From an uncultured delta proteobacterium (GTDB lineage: Bacteria > Desulfobacterota > Binatia > Binatales > Binataceae), in the NCBI GenBank assembly GCA_963808235.1, contig CAWEEQ010000001.1, positions 256,001 through 320,000 of the forward strand: 64,000 bases of DNA. The letters are read 5' to 3'. Below, piece by piece: positions 38,701 to 49,385 of this stretch (position 1 is the stretch's first letter; each line of letters begins with the position of its first letter). Position numbers and translations under genes: made by a program. The notes under the pieces are model-generated. The model was not told the origin of the DNA. It made no database searches and saw nothing but the letters and a program-made list of their open reading frames with translations.

Positions 38701-41700
38701 CTTGTGGATGTGCGGCGCCGGCGATCGCGCGATGGTCGAGTCTGCCGCCGCCGCTTGCGGGCGCCAAGCCGGTCTCCGAGGCCGACGCGCGCGCGCTTCG
38801 CCTCGCGGCTCGACGCACCTGGAGTTTTTTCGAGAAGTTCGTGACCGTGGAAGACAACTTCCTTCCGCCCGACAACTTTCAGGAAGATCCGAAACCGGTA
38901 CTGGCGCATCGGACCTCGCCCACCAATCTCGGACTCTACCTTCTTTCCGTGATTGCCGCGCACGATTTCGGCTGGACCGGCACTCACGAAACAATCGAAC
39001 GGCTCGACGCGACGCTCGCTTCGATGAACCGGCTCGAGGTGTTTCGCGGCCATTTCTACAACTGGTACGCGACCCGCGATTTGCGCCCGCTGGAACCGAA
39101 ATACGTTTCCTCAGTGGACAGCGGAAATCTCGCCGGACATCTGATCGCGCTCGGCAACGCGTGCCGCGAGATGATTACGCGTCCGGTACTGAGTCCGCAG
39201 CGAACGGCGGGAATCGAAGACTTGGTCGCGCTCACCCGCGAGTCGCTTGGCCTGCTCGCCGCCGACCGTCGAGCTCATACCGTCACGCCGAAGCAACTGG
39301 ACGAGGCGCTCGACGCGCTTTGCGTAGTGCTTCGATCGGAAGCGCTGACTCCGGCGGCCGCCGCCGCGCAGATGGCGGAACTCTCGACCCATGCCGATGC
39401 GGTAATCGATATCGCGCGAGCGCTGACCCAGGACCGCACGGATTTGGATGGTAGCGAGGTCCTGATCTGGGCGGAGCGCTGCGCGGATGCATCAGGAGTC
39501 ATCAGCGTGAACTCGAATTGCTGATGCCGTGGGCGATTCTCGCTGCTCAGAGCCCCGCTTTGCCGCACGGCGTGAAGGACGCCTGCGCCGGCGATGAAAG
39601 CGAAGGTCTCGCGACGCTATTCGAGTCGATCCCGGATCTCGGCACTCTGGCCGATCGATGCGACGATGCGGCCGCGATCCTCACTCGCCGCAAGGGGCGA
39701 AGCTCGCGGCGCAGGCGCCGCGCTCGAATCGACGCGATGCTTGCGGCGCTGGAGAGTTCCGCGCGAGCCGCAAAGGCGCTCGAGCGGCGTCTTACCGACC
39801 TCGGCGCGATGGCCGGCAAGATGTTCGATGCGATGAAGTTCGATTTTCTTTTCGATCCCGCGCGCCAACTACTTTCGATTGGGTATCGCGTCACCGAAGG
39901 CAGCCTTGACCCGAACTGCTACGACTTGCTCGCTTCGGAAGCGCGGCTTGCGAGTTTCGTCGCGATCGCCAAGGGCGATGTGCCGTCGCGTCACTGGTTT
40001 CGGCTCGGCCGCCCGATGACGCCGGTCGATCGCGGCTCGGCGCTGATTTCGTGGTCGGGATCGATGTTCGAGTACCTGATGCCGTCGCTGGTGATGCGCG
40101 CGCCGCTTGGCAGTCTGCTCGAGCAGACCAATCGGCTGGTGGTCCGCCGACAGATGAAGTACGGCGCCGAGCTAGGAGTGCCGTGGGGAGTTTCGGAATC
40201 GGCATTCAGCGCGCGCGATCTCGAACTCACCTATCAGTACTCCGAACTTCGGGGTGCCCGGGCTCGGGCTTAAGCGCGGCTTGAGCGAGAACGCGGTGAT
40301 TGCTCCGTACGCGACCGCGTTGGCGGCGATGGTCGATGCGGGTGCGGCGGCGGAAAATTTCGCCCGCCTTTTTCTGGCCGGCGGTCTCGGCCGCTTCGGC
40401 TGGTACGAAGCGCTGGACTATACTCCCTCGCGGGTTCCCGAAGGTGAGACGTCGCGATCGTTCGCGCCTACATGGCGCATCATCAGGGCATGACCTTGGT
40501 CGCGATTGCGGATGCGCTTCTGAATGGCGCGATGCGCGCGCGCTTTCACTCCGAGCCGATCATTCAGGCAACCGAGCTGTTGCTCCAGGAACGGACGCCG
40601 CGCGACGTCGCGGTTGCTCGTCCGCGGGCCGAAGAGGTCAAAACCGAGAGGCAACATCCGCGAGATCACGCGCCGACGATTCGCCGCTTCCATTCGCCGC
40701 ACGACTTGATTCCGCGCACCCATATTGCTGTCCAACGGCAAGTACACGGTGATGATCACCGCTGCCGGTTCGGGGTTCAGCCGATGGCGGGAGATGGCGG
40801 TCACGCGATGGCGCGAAGATGTTACCTGCGATTCGTGGGGCTCCTACATTTTTTTGCGCGATGTGGGCAGCGGCAAAGTCTGGTCGGCGGGTTACCAGCC
40901 GAGCCGGGGTCGAGGCGGACAGATACGAAGTCGAGTTCTCAGAAGATCGCGCGGAAATCGTGCGCCGCGACGGCACCCTTACGACCACGCTCGAAGTGGC
41001 AGTCTCGCCCGAGGATGACGCCGAGGTACGGCGCGTGTCGATCTCGAATCTCGGCAACCGCGCTCGCGAGATCGAGCTGACTTCGTATGCGGAACTGGTG
41101 TTGGCGCCCGATGCGGCCGACGCCGCGCATCCGGCCTTCTCCAAGATGTTCGTCCAGACCGAGTTTGACGCCAATATCGGCGCTCTGCTTGCGACCCGGC
41201 GGTTGCGCTCGCCTGCCGATCCGCCGGTCTGGGCCGCGCATCTGGCGGTGGTCGAAGGCGAGTCCGATCGGTGATATCCAATTCGAAACCGACCGCGCGC
41301 GATTTCTGGGCCGCGGCCGCGACGCTCATGAAGCGATTTCGGTAATCGACGGACGTCCGCTTTCCGATACTGTCGGAACAGTGCTCGATCCGATCTTCAG
41401 TCTTCGCCGGCGGGTCCGAATACCGTGCCGGTGCAACGGCGCGGGTGGCTTTCTGGACGATGGTCGCGCCGACCCGCGCGGAGGTGCTCGACCAGGCCGA
41501 CAAGCATCACGATTCCACCGCGTTCGAGCGCGCGGTAACGCTCGCGTGGACGCAGGCGCAAGTGCAGTTGCATCACCTGAGAGTCGGACGCCGACGAGGC
41601 GCATCTGTTTCAGCGTCTGGCAAATCGCGTGCTCTACTCGGATCCGACGCTGCGTCCGTCGCAGGACGTGCTGAAGCGAGGCGAGGGCGGCCCGTCGAAG

Positions 41701-44571
41701 ATTATGGGGAAGCGGCATCTCGGGCGATCTGCCGATCGTGCTGGTTCGAATCGACGAAGCCGAAGATTTGGAAATCGTTCGCGAGCTGGTGCGTGCCCAC
41801 GAATATTGGCGGATGAAGACGGCTCGACAGTCGATCTCGTGATTCATGAACGAGCGGCCGCCGTCCTACGATCAGGAACTGCAGGCCACACTCGAGGCGC
41901 TCGTCCGCACCAATCTGTCGCGGCCGTATTCCGATGGGGAAGGTGTTCGCGGAGGGGTGTTCGTTCTGCGCGCCGACCAGGTTCCGGTCGAGGTGCGAAG
42001 CGTGCTCCAGAGCGTCGCCCGAGCGGTACTGCTCAGCCGGCGCGGGACGCTCTCCGAGCAGGTCAAGCGGCTTGAGATGTTCGAGCCGGCTGCGGCGCCG
42101 CCGCCGCGCCGCTTGCCGATGAACGGCCGGGTCCAAGCCCGCGACCGCGCGCCGCGAGATCGAGTTTTTCAACGGTCTCGGCGGATTTGCCAAAGACGGC
42201 CGCGAATATGTGACCACTCTCGGCGAAGGACAGTGGACGCCGGCACCATGGATCAACGTGATCGCGAATCCTTCGTTTGGTTTCCAGGTCTCGGTCGAAG
42301 GCGCGGGCTATACGTGGTCGGTAAACAGCCAACAACATCAGATTACGCAATGGTCGAACGATCCGGTCGGCGACCGTCCCGGTGAAGTGATTTACGTTCG
42401 CGATGAAGATACCGACGAGCTGTGGGGACCGACCGCACTGCCGATTCGCGAGGACGGCGCTCCCTACGTCATTCGTCACGGCCAGGGCTACAGCGTTTTC
42501 GAGCATAGCTCGCACGAACGTTTCGCTCGAGCTGACGCAATACGTGCCGCTCGGCGACTCGATAAAGATTTCGCGGCTGAAGATCCGCAATCTCTCCGCT
42601 CGCCCGCGGCGGCTTTCGATCACCGCATACGTCGAGTGGGTGCTTGGCACTGCGCGCGGCGTCTCGGCGCCGTTCGTGATAACCGAGCTCGATGCGGAGA
42701 CCCGCGCGATGCTCGCGCGCAATCCGTTCAGTACCGAATACGGAAGCCGGGTCGCGTTCGCAGACCTTAACGGCCGGCAACTCTCATGGACGGCGGACCG
42801 CACCGAGTTTCTCGGCCGCAACGGCACGCTCGACAATCCCGCCGCGCTCGCCAGCGGCCGGCCGCTCTCGAATCGAGTCGGCGCCGCGCTCGATCCGTGC
42901 GCCGCGCTGCAAACGACGCTGTATCTCAGATCGAATGGCGAGGCCGAGATCGATTTTTTTTCTCGGCGAGGCATCGACGCAGGGCGGACGCGCTTTCCTT
43001 GATAGCGAAATATCGAAGCACCGATCTCGACGCGGTGCTCGCCGAGGTAACGCGGCAGTGGGACGACGTCCTCGGCACGGTACAGGTGAAGACGCCGGAT
43101 CGCGCCATGGATATCGTTCTCAATCGCTGGCTGCTCTACCAGACGCTGTCATGTCGAGTGTGGGCGCGTTCGGCGTTCTACCAGGCGGGCGGCGCATTAT
43201 GGCTTTCGCGATCAGCTTCAGGATGTGATGGCGCTGACCGTGTCGCAGCCCGCGATTGCGCGCGAGCATCTTCTGCGCGCCGCGGGACGCCAGTTCGTGG
43301 CTGGAGACGTGCAGCACTGGTGGCTTCCGCCGATGGGCCAGGGGATTCGCACGCGGATCTCCGACAACCGGATATGGCTGCCGTTCGTGGCGGCGCATTA
43401 TATCGAGGTCACCGGCGATCTCGCGATCCTCGATGAGACCGCGCCGTTTCTCGACGGTCCTGCTCTGCGCGACGATCAGACGAATCGTTTTTTCAGCCGA
43501 TGATCTCCGAGCAGCGCGCCACCGTGTTCGAGCATTGCGCTCGCGCGCTCGACGTGAGTCTTCCGGTCGGCAACCACGGATTGCCATTGATGGGCTCCGG
43601 AGACTGGAACGACGGCATGAACCGGGTCGGTGAGAAGGGCAAGGGCGAGAGCATCTGGCTCGGATGGTTCCTCTACTCGACGCTGCTCCGGTTCGCGGAG
43701 TTCGCGGAACGTCGCGGCGAGGAAGAGCGCGCTTCGGCGTGGCGCAATCACGCCGACGGCCTTCGCGAGTCGCTCGAACATTCAGGATGGGACGGCAACT
43801 GGTATCGGCGCGCATACTTCGATGACGGAACGCCGCTAGGATCAGCCGGAAGCATCGAATGCCGAATCGATTCGATCGCGCAGTCGTGGGCGGTAATCTC
43901 CGGCGGCGCGGATCGCGCTCATTGCGTGGCCGCGATGGCGGCGGTCGACGAATACCTGGTGCGCAACGAGGACGCACTGGTGCTGCTTTTCACGCCGCCA
44001 TTCGACAAGACTCCGCTCGATCCCGGATACATCAAGGGCTATCCGCCCGGCATCCGCGAGAACGGCGGTCAATATACGCATGGCGCCATCTGGTCAGCTG
44101 ATCGCGTTTGCGATGCTCGGTGACGGCGACATGGCCGGCGAACTGTTCTCGATCTTGAATCCGATCAATCACGCCAACACTCGTTCCGGGATGCAGCGTT
44201 ACAAGGTCGAGCCGTACGTCGCATGTGCCGACGTATACTCGATGCCGCCTCACGTCGGGCGCGGCGGATGGACCTGGTACACCGGTTCGGCCGGCTGGAT
44301 GTATCGTGCCGGCCTCGAGTGGATACTCGGGTTTCGCTTGCGCGACAAGGCGATTGTGATCGAGCCGTGCATCCCGAAGGCATGGAAGGGCTTCGAGATG
44401 AGTTTCAAGTACCACTCAGCGCGTTACGAAATCGCGGTCGAAAATCCACGTGGCGTGAGTTGCGGAGTCACCCTGGTTGAACTCGACGGAGAGCCGCTCA
44501 AGGCGGACACGGTGAAGATCGCCCTTAGCGACGACGGCGGAGTGCATCAAGTGCGCGTCGTGCTTGGTTGA
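35728..44571 (+). pseudogene. ndvB: Cyclic beta-1,2-glucan synthase (NdvB/ChvB/Cgs), broken by about 18 frameshifts as written; probably intact in vivo
   Basis: Colinear fragments: PIRSELFS, AAEWLVDNF, WMGWERKRGKL, YVITLDADT, LLSHDLFEG, RQHRWARGDWQ, LPPDNFQE, HRTSPTN, YDLLASEARL, ISWSGSMFEYLMP, PAPWINVIAN, FRDQLQD, GDWNDGMN, RENGGQYTH, GGWTWYTGSAGW. Stop at 44571. Confidence 0.9.
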
Positions 44572-44794
44572 TAGGGACGAGCTACGGGAAATAGAATCGA
44601 CTTTGACGACGACTTAGTACTATTTCGGTTCTCCCGAGCACCCCATCTGCATTACCACGAATAGTAATTTTGACTATTCGGCAAAACTAGACTTATTAAT
44701 AGATCTGGAGGGTTAGCGATCTCGCGTGCGATCCTGCGCGCGACAAAAATATCGCTAACCGACAACACTGCTCGCGTTTGAAGAGGTAATTGCA

Positions 44795-45034
44795 ATGGCA
44801 TTTGAAGATGTTGGAAATTCCGCCGTAAACCAGGCGATGAACCAGGGCCGCCAGACCGCGCAGACCGCCAGTAAAGTTTTGCAGGACGGCTTCCAGGCTG
44901 CGCAGGATTACGTTCAGGAAAAGGGACTCGACTTTGACGTCCGTGAGTTCGTTCGCCGCGAACCGTGGCTGGCGATCGCGGGAGCCTTTGCGATCGGCTT
45001 CGTCGCCGCGCAGATTATCAAGCGCATAGCCTGA
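44795..45034 (+). CDS. DUF883/ElaB-like tail-anchored small protein
   Basis: GAGG ribosome-binding site. Helical N-terminus and C-terminal FVRREPWLAIAGAFAIGF. Confidence 0.8.
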   Translation: MAFEDVGNSAVNQAMNQGRQTAQTASKVLQDGFQAAQDYVQEKGLDFDVREFVRREPWLAIAGAFAIGFVAAQIIKRIA

Positions 45035-45048
45035 GCCGCCGGTGACTC

Positions 45049-45345
45049 GTGAATACTTCAAAAAATAGCCCGGCGCGGCGGCGCGATGTAGCCGAATACA
45101 TCCGCGACGAACCCTTGACCGCTATGGCGATAGCTTCGGCAGCGGGATTCGTCCTGGGTGGAGGAGTTACCGGCCGCGTCGGGCGCGGATTGATCGCGAT
45201 GGTTGGTCGGACTGCCTTCGCCTCGTTGTGGCCGGTTCTATTGGCCGCGATGGTTGCCGACGGCGACGGCGACGACACCAGAAGAAACGGCGCCGGAACG
45301 GGCGGTGTGATGCATGACAACGGAAGAACAGATTTCCAGAAATGA
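45049..45345 (+). CDS. Small membrane protein with a DUF883-like motif
   Basis: YIRDEPLTAMAIASAAGFVLGGG. Lies within the operon. Confidence 0.65.
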   Translation: MNTSKNSPARRRDVAEYIRDEPLTAMAIASAAGFVLGGGVTGRVGRGLIAMVGRTAFASLWPVLLAAMVADGDGDDTRRNGAGTGGVMHDNGRTDFQK

Positions 45346-45610
45346 AGATGAGCGCGACGAAGCGCGGCAGAGTCTTCGCGACACTTTGACAGAGGTCAAT
45401 GCGAAAGTTGAGCGCGCGGGAGACGAACTTCGCCCGATACACATCGTCGAGAGCAACCCCGTCGCCGCTTCGCTGGCCGCAGCTACCTTGGGGTTTCTGG
45501 TCGGCTCGACAGTCACCAATCGAACGACCGGCGTTATCATGATTGCCGCAGTGCTGGGTTTTGCACTTTCGATTCGCTCTTCCAATGAACCGGACAAATA
45601 CGATGGCTGA
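45314..45610 (+). CDS. Small membrane protein (DUF3618-like N-terminus)
   Basis: EARQSLRDTLTEV helix followed by NPVAASLAAATLGFLVG. Overlaps both neighbours. Confidence 0.65.
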   Translation: MTTEEQISRNEDERDEARQSLRDTLTEVNAKVERAGDELRPIHIVESNPVAASLAAATLGFLVGSTVTNRTTGVIMIAAVLGFALSIRSSNEPDKYDG

Positions 45611-45956
45611 GAAGCATTATCTGCCCGTCGCCGAATCTCCCGAGCTACATTCAGATTGGGCGAGCCTGGTCGAGAGGGCGGTGGACGATGTCTCCCGCAT
45701 TCTGCGCTCCGAAGCGCAGATGTTTCAGACCAGCATCGCGTCGGCGCTGGAGCGGCAGATCTCAAAATCGGTGACGCTTCTGGCCGTGCTCAGTCTGATG
45801 ATTTGCGGCGGGCTATGCATCCTGTCGGCGGCTATTCTTTTGCTCCATCAATGGCTCCCTTTGTGGCAGGCCTTTGGATGCGTCGGGCTTGCCAGCTTGA
45901 TTGCCGGTATAATCGTTAGTGTCGCGATGAGGCCAGGGGCCGAGGCCAAGCCCTGA
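45603..45956 (+). CDS. YqjE/holin-superfamily two-TM membrane protein
   Basis: LVERAVDDVSRILRSE followed by two TM segments. Typical partner of DUF883 genes. Confidence 0.7.
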   Translation: MAEKHYLPVAESPELHSDWASLVERAVDDVSRILRSEAQMFQTSIASALERQISKSVTLLAVLSLMICGGLCILSAAILLLHQWLPLWQAFGCVGLASLIAGIIVSVAMRPGAEAKP

Positions 45957-45962
45957 AAAATC

Positions 45963-47852
45963 TTGGTCCGATTCGTTTTGGAAACACCAGCGAAATTTTC
46001 AGCGCCTATTGAAAGCGACTCCGACGAAGGAATCGAGCCGGGCGGTGCGGCGCGACCGATTGTCGCAGTAATCGTAGCCACGGCAGTTCTCTATTTCGGC
46101 CGGGACATATTCATTCCACTGGCGGTCGCATCGCTGTTGGCGGTTATTTTCAGCCCGATCGCAAGCCGCCTGGAGCGGTTCGTCGGGCTTTTCTTCAGTT
46201 CGCTGCTAGTCGTCGTGACGGCAATCGTAGCTATTGCCGGGCTCACCTATTTCCTTACCACCGAGATCACTTCAGTCGCGGTCCAGGTCACCGATTACAC
46301 CGACAATATTTCCGCCAAGATCACGGCACTTAAGGGAAGCACGCCCGAGTGGCTGCAACGCATCAAAGATGGCATCACTGACGTTGAGCGACAGGTGCAA
46401 AAGCCCGAGCGTAAGCAGAAGGCGACGGCTGTGGTTCAGGCCGCCGCGCCTGAATCGGGAATGGAACAGGTCATCAAGCCGACCCTCCCGTTGCTGCAGG
46501 GCATGATCGAGACCTTGTTCATCATCGTGCTGTTCTTCTTCCTCCTTTACGGCCGAAAAGAGTTGCGCGATCGCCTGGTGCGATTGACGGCGCGAGTCCG
46601 CGTGACCCTGTCGGCGGAAGGGATCGCGACCGCGGCCGGCGCGGTCAGCCATTACCTGTTGCTGTTCTTCCTGATTAACGTTGGTTACGGAGTGATCATT
46701 GGAATCGCGATGTGGATGCTCGGGTTGCCGAATCCGGCGCTGTGGGGCGCCCTTGCGACACTGCTTCGTTTTATTCCTTACGTCGGCGTTCCGGTCGCGG
46801 CCCTGCTTCCGACCTGCGTCGCGATTGCCGTGTTCCCCGGATGGAGCAAGTCGATCGAGGTCCTCTGCATCTTTGTCGCGAGCGATCAGATCGTCGGCTA
46901 CCTGGTCGAGCCATTCCTGATCGGGCGCGGAATTGGCCTTTCTCCGCTGGCGCTGCTGGTGTCCGCGATGTTCTGGTCGTGGCTCTGGGGGCTGCCGGGA
47001 CTCCTGCTGGCCACCTCTCTTACGGCCTGTCTCAAAGTCGCGGGTGATTACATACCGGCTTTTGGCTTTTTCTCGGTCCTGCTCGGCGCGGACGGAACTC
47101 TGGAGGAATGCGACGACTATTATCGGTGCCTGCTCGAACTCGACGTGACCGCGGCTCGAAATATCGCCATCCGCTATTGTGACAAGAACGGTCTCGAGCC
47201 GACCTTCGACAACGTTCTGATCGCGGCGGTGGAGTTGGCCGGCCTGGAACGATCCGAGAATCACATCAGCCAGGAAAATCAGACGCTGATCAACGACACT
47301 ACAATCGCGCTAGTGACAGAGCTCGGTGGAAGGTTCAGCAAACCGCAAATCGCTTCACGCCTGCGGATACTTGGAGCATGCGTGCCGGGCGAAGTTCACC
47401 GAATGGGTCTGCAAATGTTGCTCGAGCTGTTGCGCCGGGCTGGAACCGCCGCAAACTTCCTGGCTGAAAGCGATTCGCCTCAGGAGCTGCGTGATTTTAT
47501 CAAACGCTACGCGCCCGATTTGGTCCTGCTTTCGTGCACAACGACCGAATGCGCACCCGGCGCGGCGGAACTGGTGCGCGGGCTCATCGCGGATTCGCCC
47601 GGCTTGATTATAGTCTGCGGCGGAAGCGGCGCTCTGGCAGAGGGTACGCTACTGCTCGAGGCGGGCGCGTCCCAGGTTTGTGAAAGTAGAAGTGACTTGC
47701 GGCGAACCGTCAGACGGTTTGCGCTCAGACGATCGGTCTATCGATCGGGCGGATTTGGCCGGCAGAATCCTCGCGCTCCCATCGCGACAATGAGCGTTAC
47801 ACCTGCTGCGGATTTCAGCGACAATAGAGTCGCCATGACACGAAATGAGTAG
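45963..47852 (+). CDS. AI-2E family transporter with a C-terminal cobalamin-binding-like domain
   Basis: Motifs LRFIPYVG, VEPFLIG and FWSWLWGLPGLLLA, then GEVHRMG and a Rossmann-like PDLVLLS...VCGGSG. Start uncertain. Confidence 0.88.
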   Translation: MVRFVLETPAKFSAPIESDSDEGIEPGGAARPIVAVIVATAVLYFGRDIFIPLAVASLLAVIFSPIASRLERFVGLFFSSLLVVVTAIVAIAGLTYFLTTEITSVAVQVTDYTDNISAKITALKGSTPEWLQRIKDGITDVERQVQKPERKQKATAVVQAAAPESGMEQVIKPTLPLLQGMIETLFIIVLFFFLLYGRKELRDRLVRLTARVRVTLSAEGIATAAGAVSHYLLLFFLINVGYGVIIGIAMWMLGLPNPALWGALATLLRFIPYVGVPVAALLPTCVAIAVFPGWSKSIEVLCIFVASDQIVGYLVEPFLIGRGIGLSPLALLVSAMFWSWLWGLPGLLLATSLTACLKVAGDYIPAFGFFSVLLGADGTLEECDDYYRCLLELDVTAARNIAIRYCDKNGLEPTFDNVLIAAVELAGLERSENHISQENQTLINDTTIALVTELGGRFSKPQIASRLRILGACVPGEVHRMGLQMLLELLRRAGTAANFLAESDSPQELRDFIKRYAPDLVLLSCTTTECAPGAAELVRGLIADSPGLIIVCGGSGALAEGTLLLEAGASQVCESRSDLRRTVRRFALRRSVYRSGGFGRQNPRAPIATMSVTPAADFSDNRVAMTRNE

Positions 47853-48100
47853 TGTTCGTTCTTCCCAGCACCGGAATTACCCAGCCAGTTTTGACTATTC
47901 GACTGACTATACTTAGAATCTAATTGTCGGGATCGATATAGGATTCGAGTCCCGCTTGATCCAGCCCCACGGTGGCCCTTCCGCTCGCCTTTGACCACCT
48001 TTCTGCTCGACCACAGTAAGCTTTCGGTAGGCAAGGCTTGGAAGAGCCCCGCATTGAGACGTCCTCGTCTCACTTGCCGCGCTTTATGGGAATAAATTCG

Positions 48101-49282
48101 ATGAAAAAACGACTGAGATTCACAATCACGTTGTCGGGCGCCGCCTTGGCCTTGGCGATCGCAATACCGGCGATGGCCCAGTACGGCGATAACGGGCCAG
48201 GCCCAGGCTACGGACCCGGACCAGGCTACGGATCGGGTCCAAACTACGGACCGGGTCAAAATTACGGACCGCAGGGCTACACGGGAGCCGGCTACTACGG
48301 AGGTCCTGGGCAGCAAGGATGGGGCGCATACGATAATGGTCACACCTGGCGAGGCGCACGATGGTGGCATCAGCACGACATCATGTGGTTCTACGCCAAT
48401 CATCCGGAGTGGGCCATCATGGACTCGTTGTGGCGCAACGAAGATGGCGACTTCGACAATAGCAACAATTGGCACGATGCCTATTGGTGGCATCAGAACG
48501 ATCCGGATTTCTTCTACGCCAATCATCCGAACTGGGTTTCGTGGAACTCGCGGTGGCTGAATGAGGACGGCGCCTACGACGGGCAACATAACTGGCACTA
48601 CGGCCAATGGTGGTACAACCAGAATCCGAACTGGGTAAACGCCAACCATCCCAACTGGATCAGCCAGCATCAGAACTGGGCGAATCATTCCGAACCGCAA
48701 GACCATCGGGCCGTAATGCGGACCGAGAACGAAGGAAGCCGGGCAACGCGCAATGAGCAGGCGTCGCGCGAGCAGAATCGGTCGAGCGCAGTAACTGAGC
48801 AGCGCAACCAGGCGAATCGCACCGAGCAGGCTTCGCGCGTCGAACAGCAGAACCAGACACGTGCGGCAAGCGAACAGCGCAACCAGGCGAATCGCACTGA
48901 GCAGGCTTCGCGCGTCGAACAGCAGAATCAGACACGGGCGGCAAGCGAACAACGCAACCAGGCAAATCGCACCGAGCAGGCCTCGCGCGTCGAACGGCAG
49001 AACCAGACACGAGCGGCAAGCGAACAGCGCAACCAGGCGACGCGCCAGCAAGCCACGCACGAAGAGCGTTCGTCGCGTCAGCCGCAGGCGACGCATGAGC
49101 AGCAGGCTCGTCCGGCGCAGGCCGCACACGAGGAGCGTTCGTCACGTCAGCCGCAGGCCGCGCACGAGCAGCAGGCTCGTCCGGCGCAGGCCTCGCATGA
49201 GCAGCATTCGTCGAGTCAGCCACAGGGGCATCAGCAGCAGGCGAACGCAGGGCATCAGGGCGGGCACGAAGGAAAGAACTAG
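48101..49282 (+). CDS. Secreted multi-repeat protein
   Basis: Signal peptide ending AMA-Q, GPGYG repeats, three 41-aa Trp/His/Asn repeats, and Q/R/E-rich 25-aa and 23-aa repeats. Confidence 0.85.
   Translation: MKKRLRFTITLSGAALALAIAIPAMAQYGDNGPGPGYGPGPGYGSGPNYGPGQNYGPQGYTGAGYYGGPGQQGWGAYDNGHTWRGARWWHQHDIMWFYANHPEWAIMDSLWRNEDGDFDNSNNWHDAYWWHQNDPDFFYANHPNWVSWNSRWLNEDGAYDGQHNWHYGQWWYNQNPNWVNANHPNWISQHQNWANHSEPQDHRAVMRTENEGSRATRNEQASREQNRSSAVTEQRNQANRTEQASRVEQQNQTRAASEQRNQANRTEQASRVEQQNQTRAASEQRNQANRTEQASRVERQNQTRAASEQRNQATRQQATHEERSSRQPQATHEQQARPAQAAHEERSSRQPQAAHEQQARPAQASHEQHSSSQPQGHQQQANAGHQGGHEGKN
48797..49225 (+). repeat. Coding tandem repeats: 75 bp x about 3.2 and 69 bp x about 2.4
   Basis: Units EQRNQANRTEQASRVEQQNQTRAAS and HEERSSRQPQA(T/A)HEQQARPAQA(A/S), with mostly synonymous divergence. 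Confidence 0.9.
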
Positions 49283-49290
49283 TCGCCGGT

Positions 49291-49321
49291 GCGATACGGC
49301 CTAAACAGCCGTATCGCTTTT
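49291..49321 (+). terminator. Intrinsic terminator
   Basis: GCGATACGGC-CTAAACA-GCCGTATCGC-TTTT just after the stop codon. A second hairpin follows at about 49333-49362. Confidence 0.8.
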
Positions 49322-49385
49322 CGACATCAAATGGCCGCACCGGTCCTAATGACGGTGCGGCCGCTTCATGTAATGACTACTAGCC

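Noticed and set aside
35728-44571. Programmed frameshifting or many separate genes at ndvB
   Set aside because: There are too many shifts, no consistent slippery sites, and the fragments are colinear with one known protein.
45603-45956. Holin-like gene as evidence of a prophage
   Set aside because: No endolysin, structural or integrase genes are present, and the YqjE-like context is cellular.
48797-49225. 75-bp and 69-bp repeats as CRISPR or non-coding repeats
   Set aside because: Unit lengths are multiples of three, in frame, with mostly third-position variation, so they are protein repeats.
47738-49340. Long antisense ORFs (463 aa and 226 aa), and similar ones such as 5008-6222 and 35647-37692
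   Set aside because: They are shadow ORFs of well-supported opposite-strand genes in high-GC DNA.
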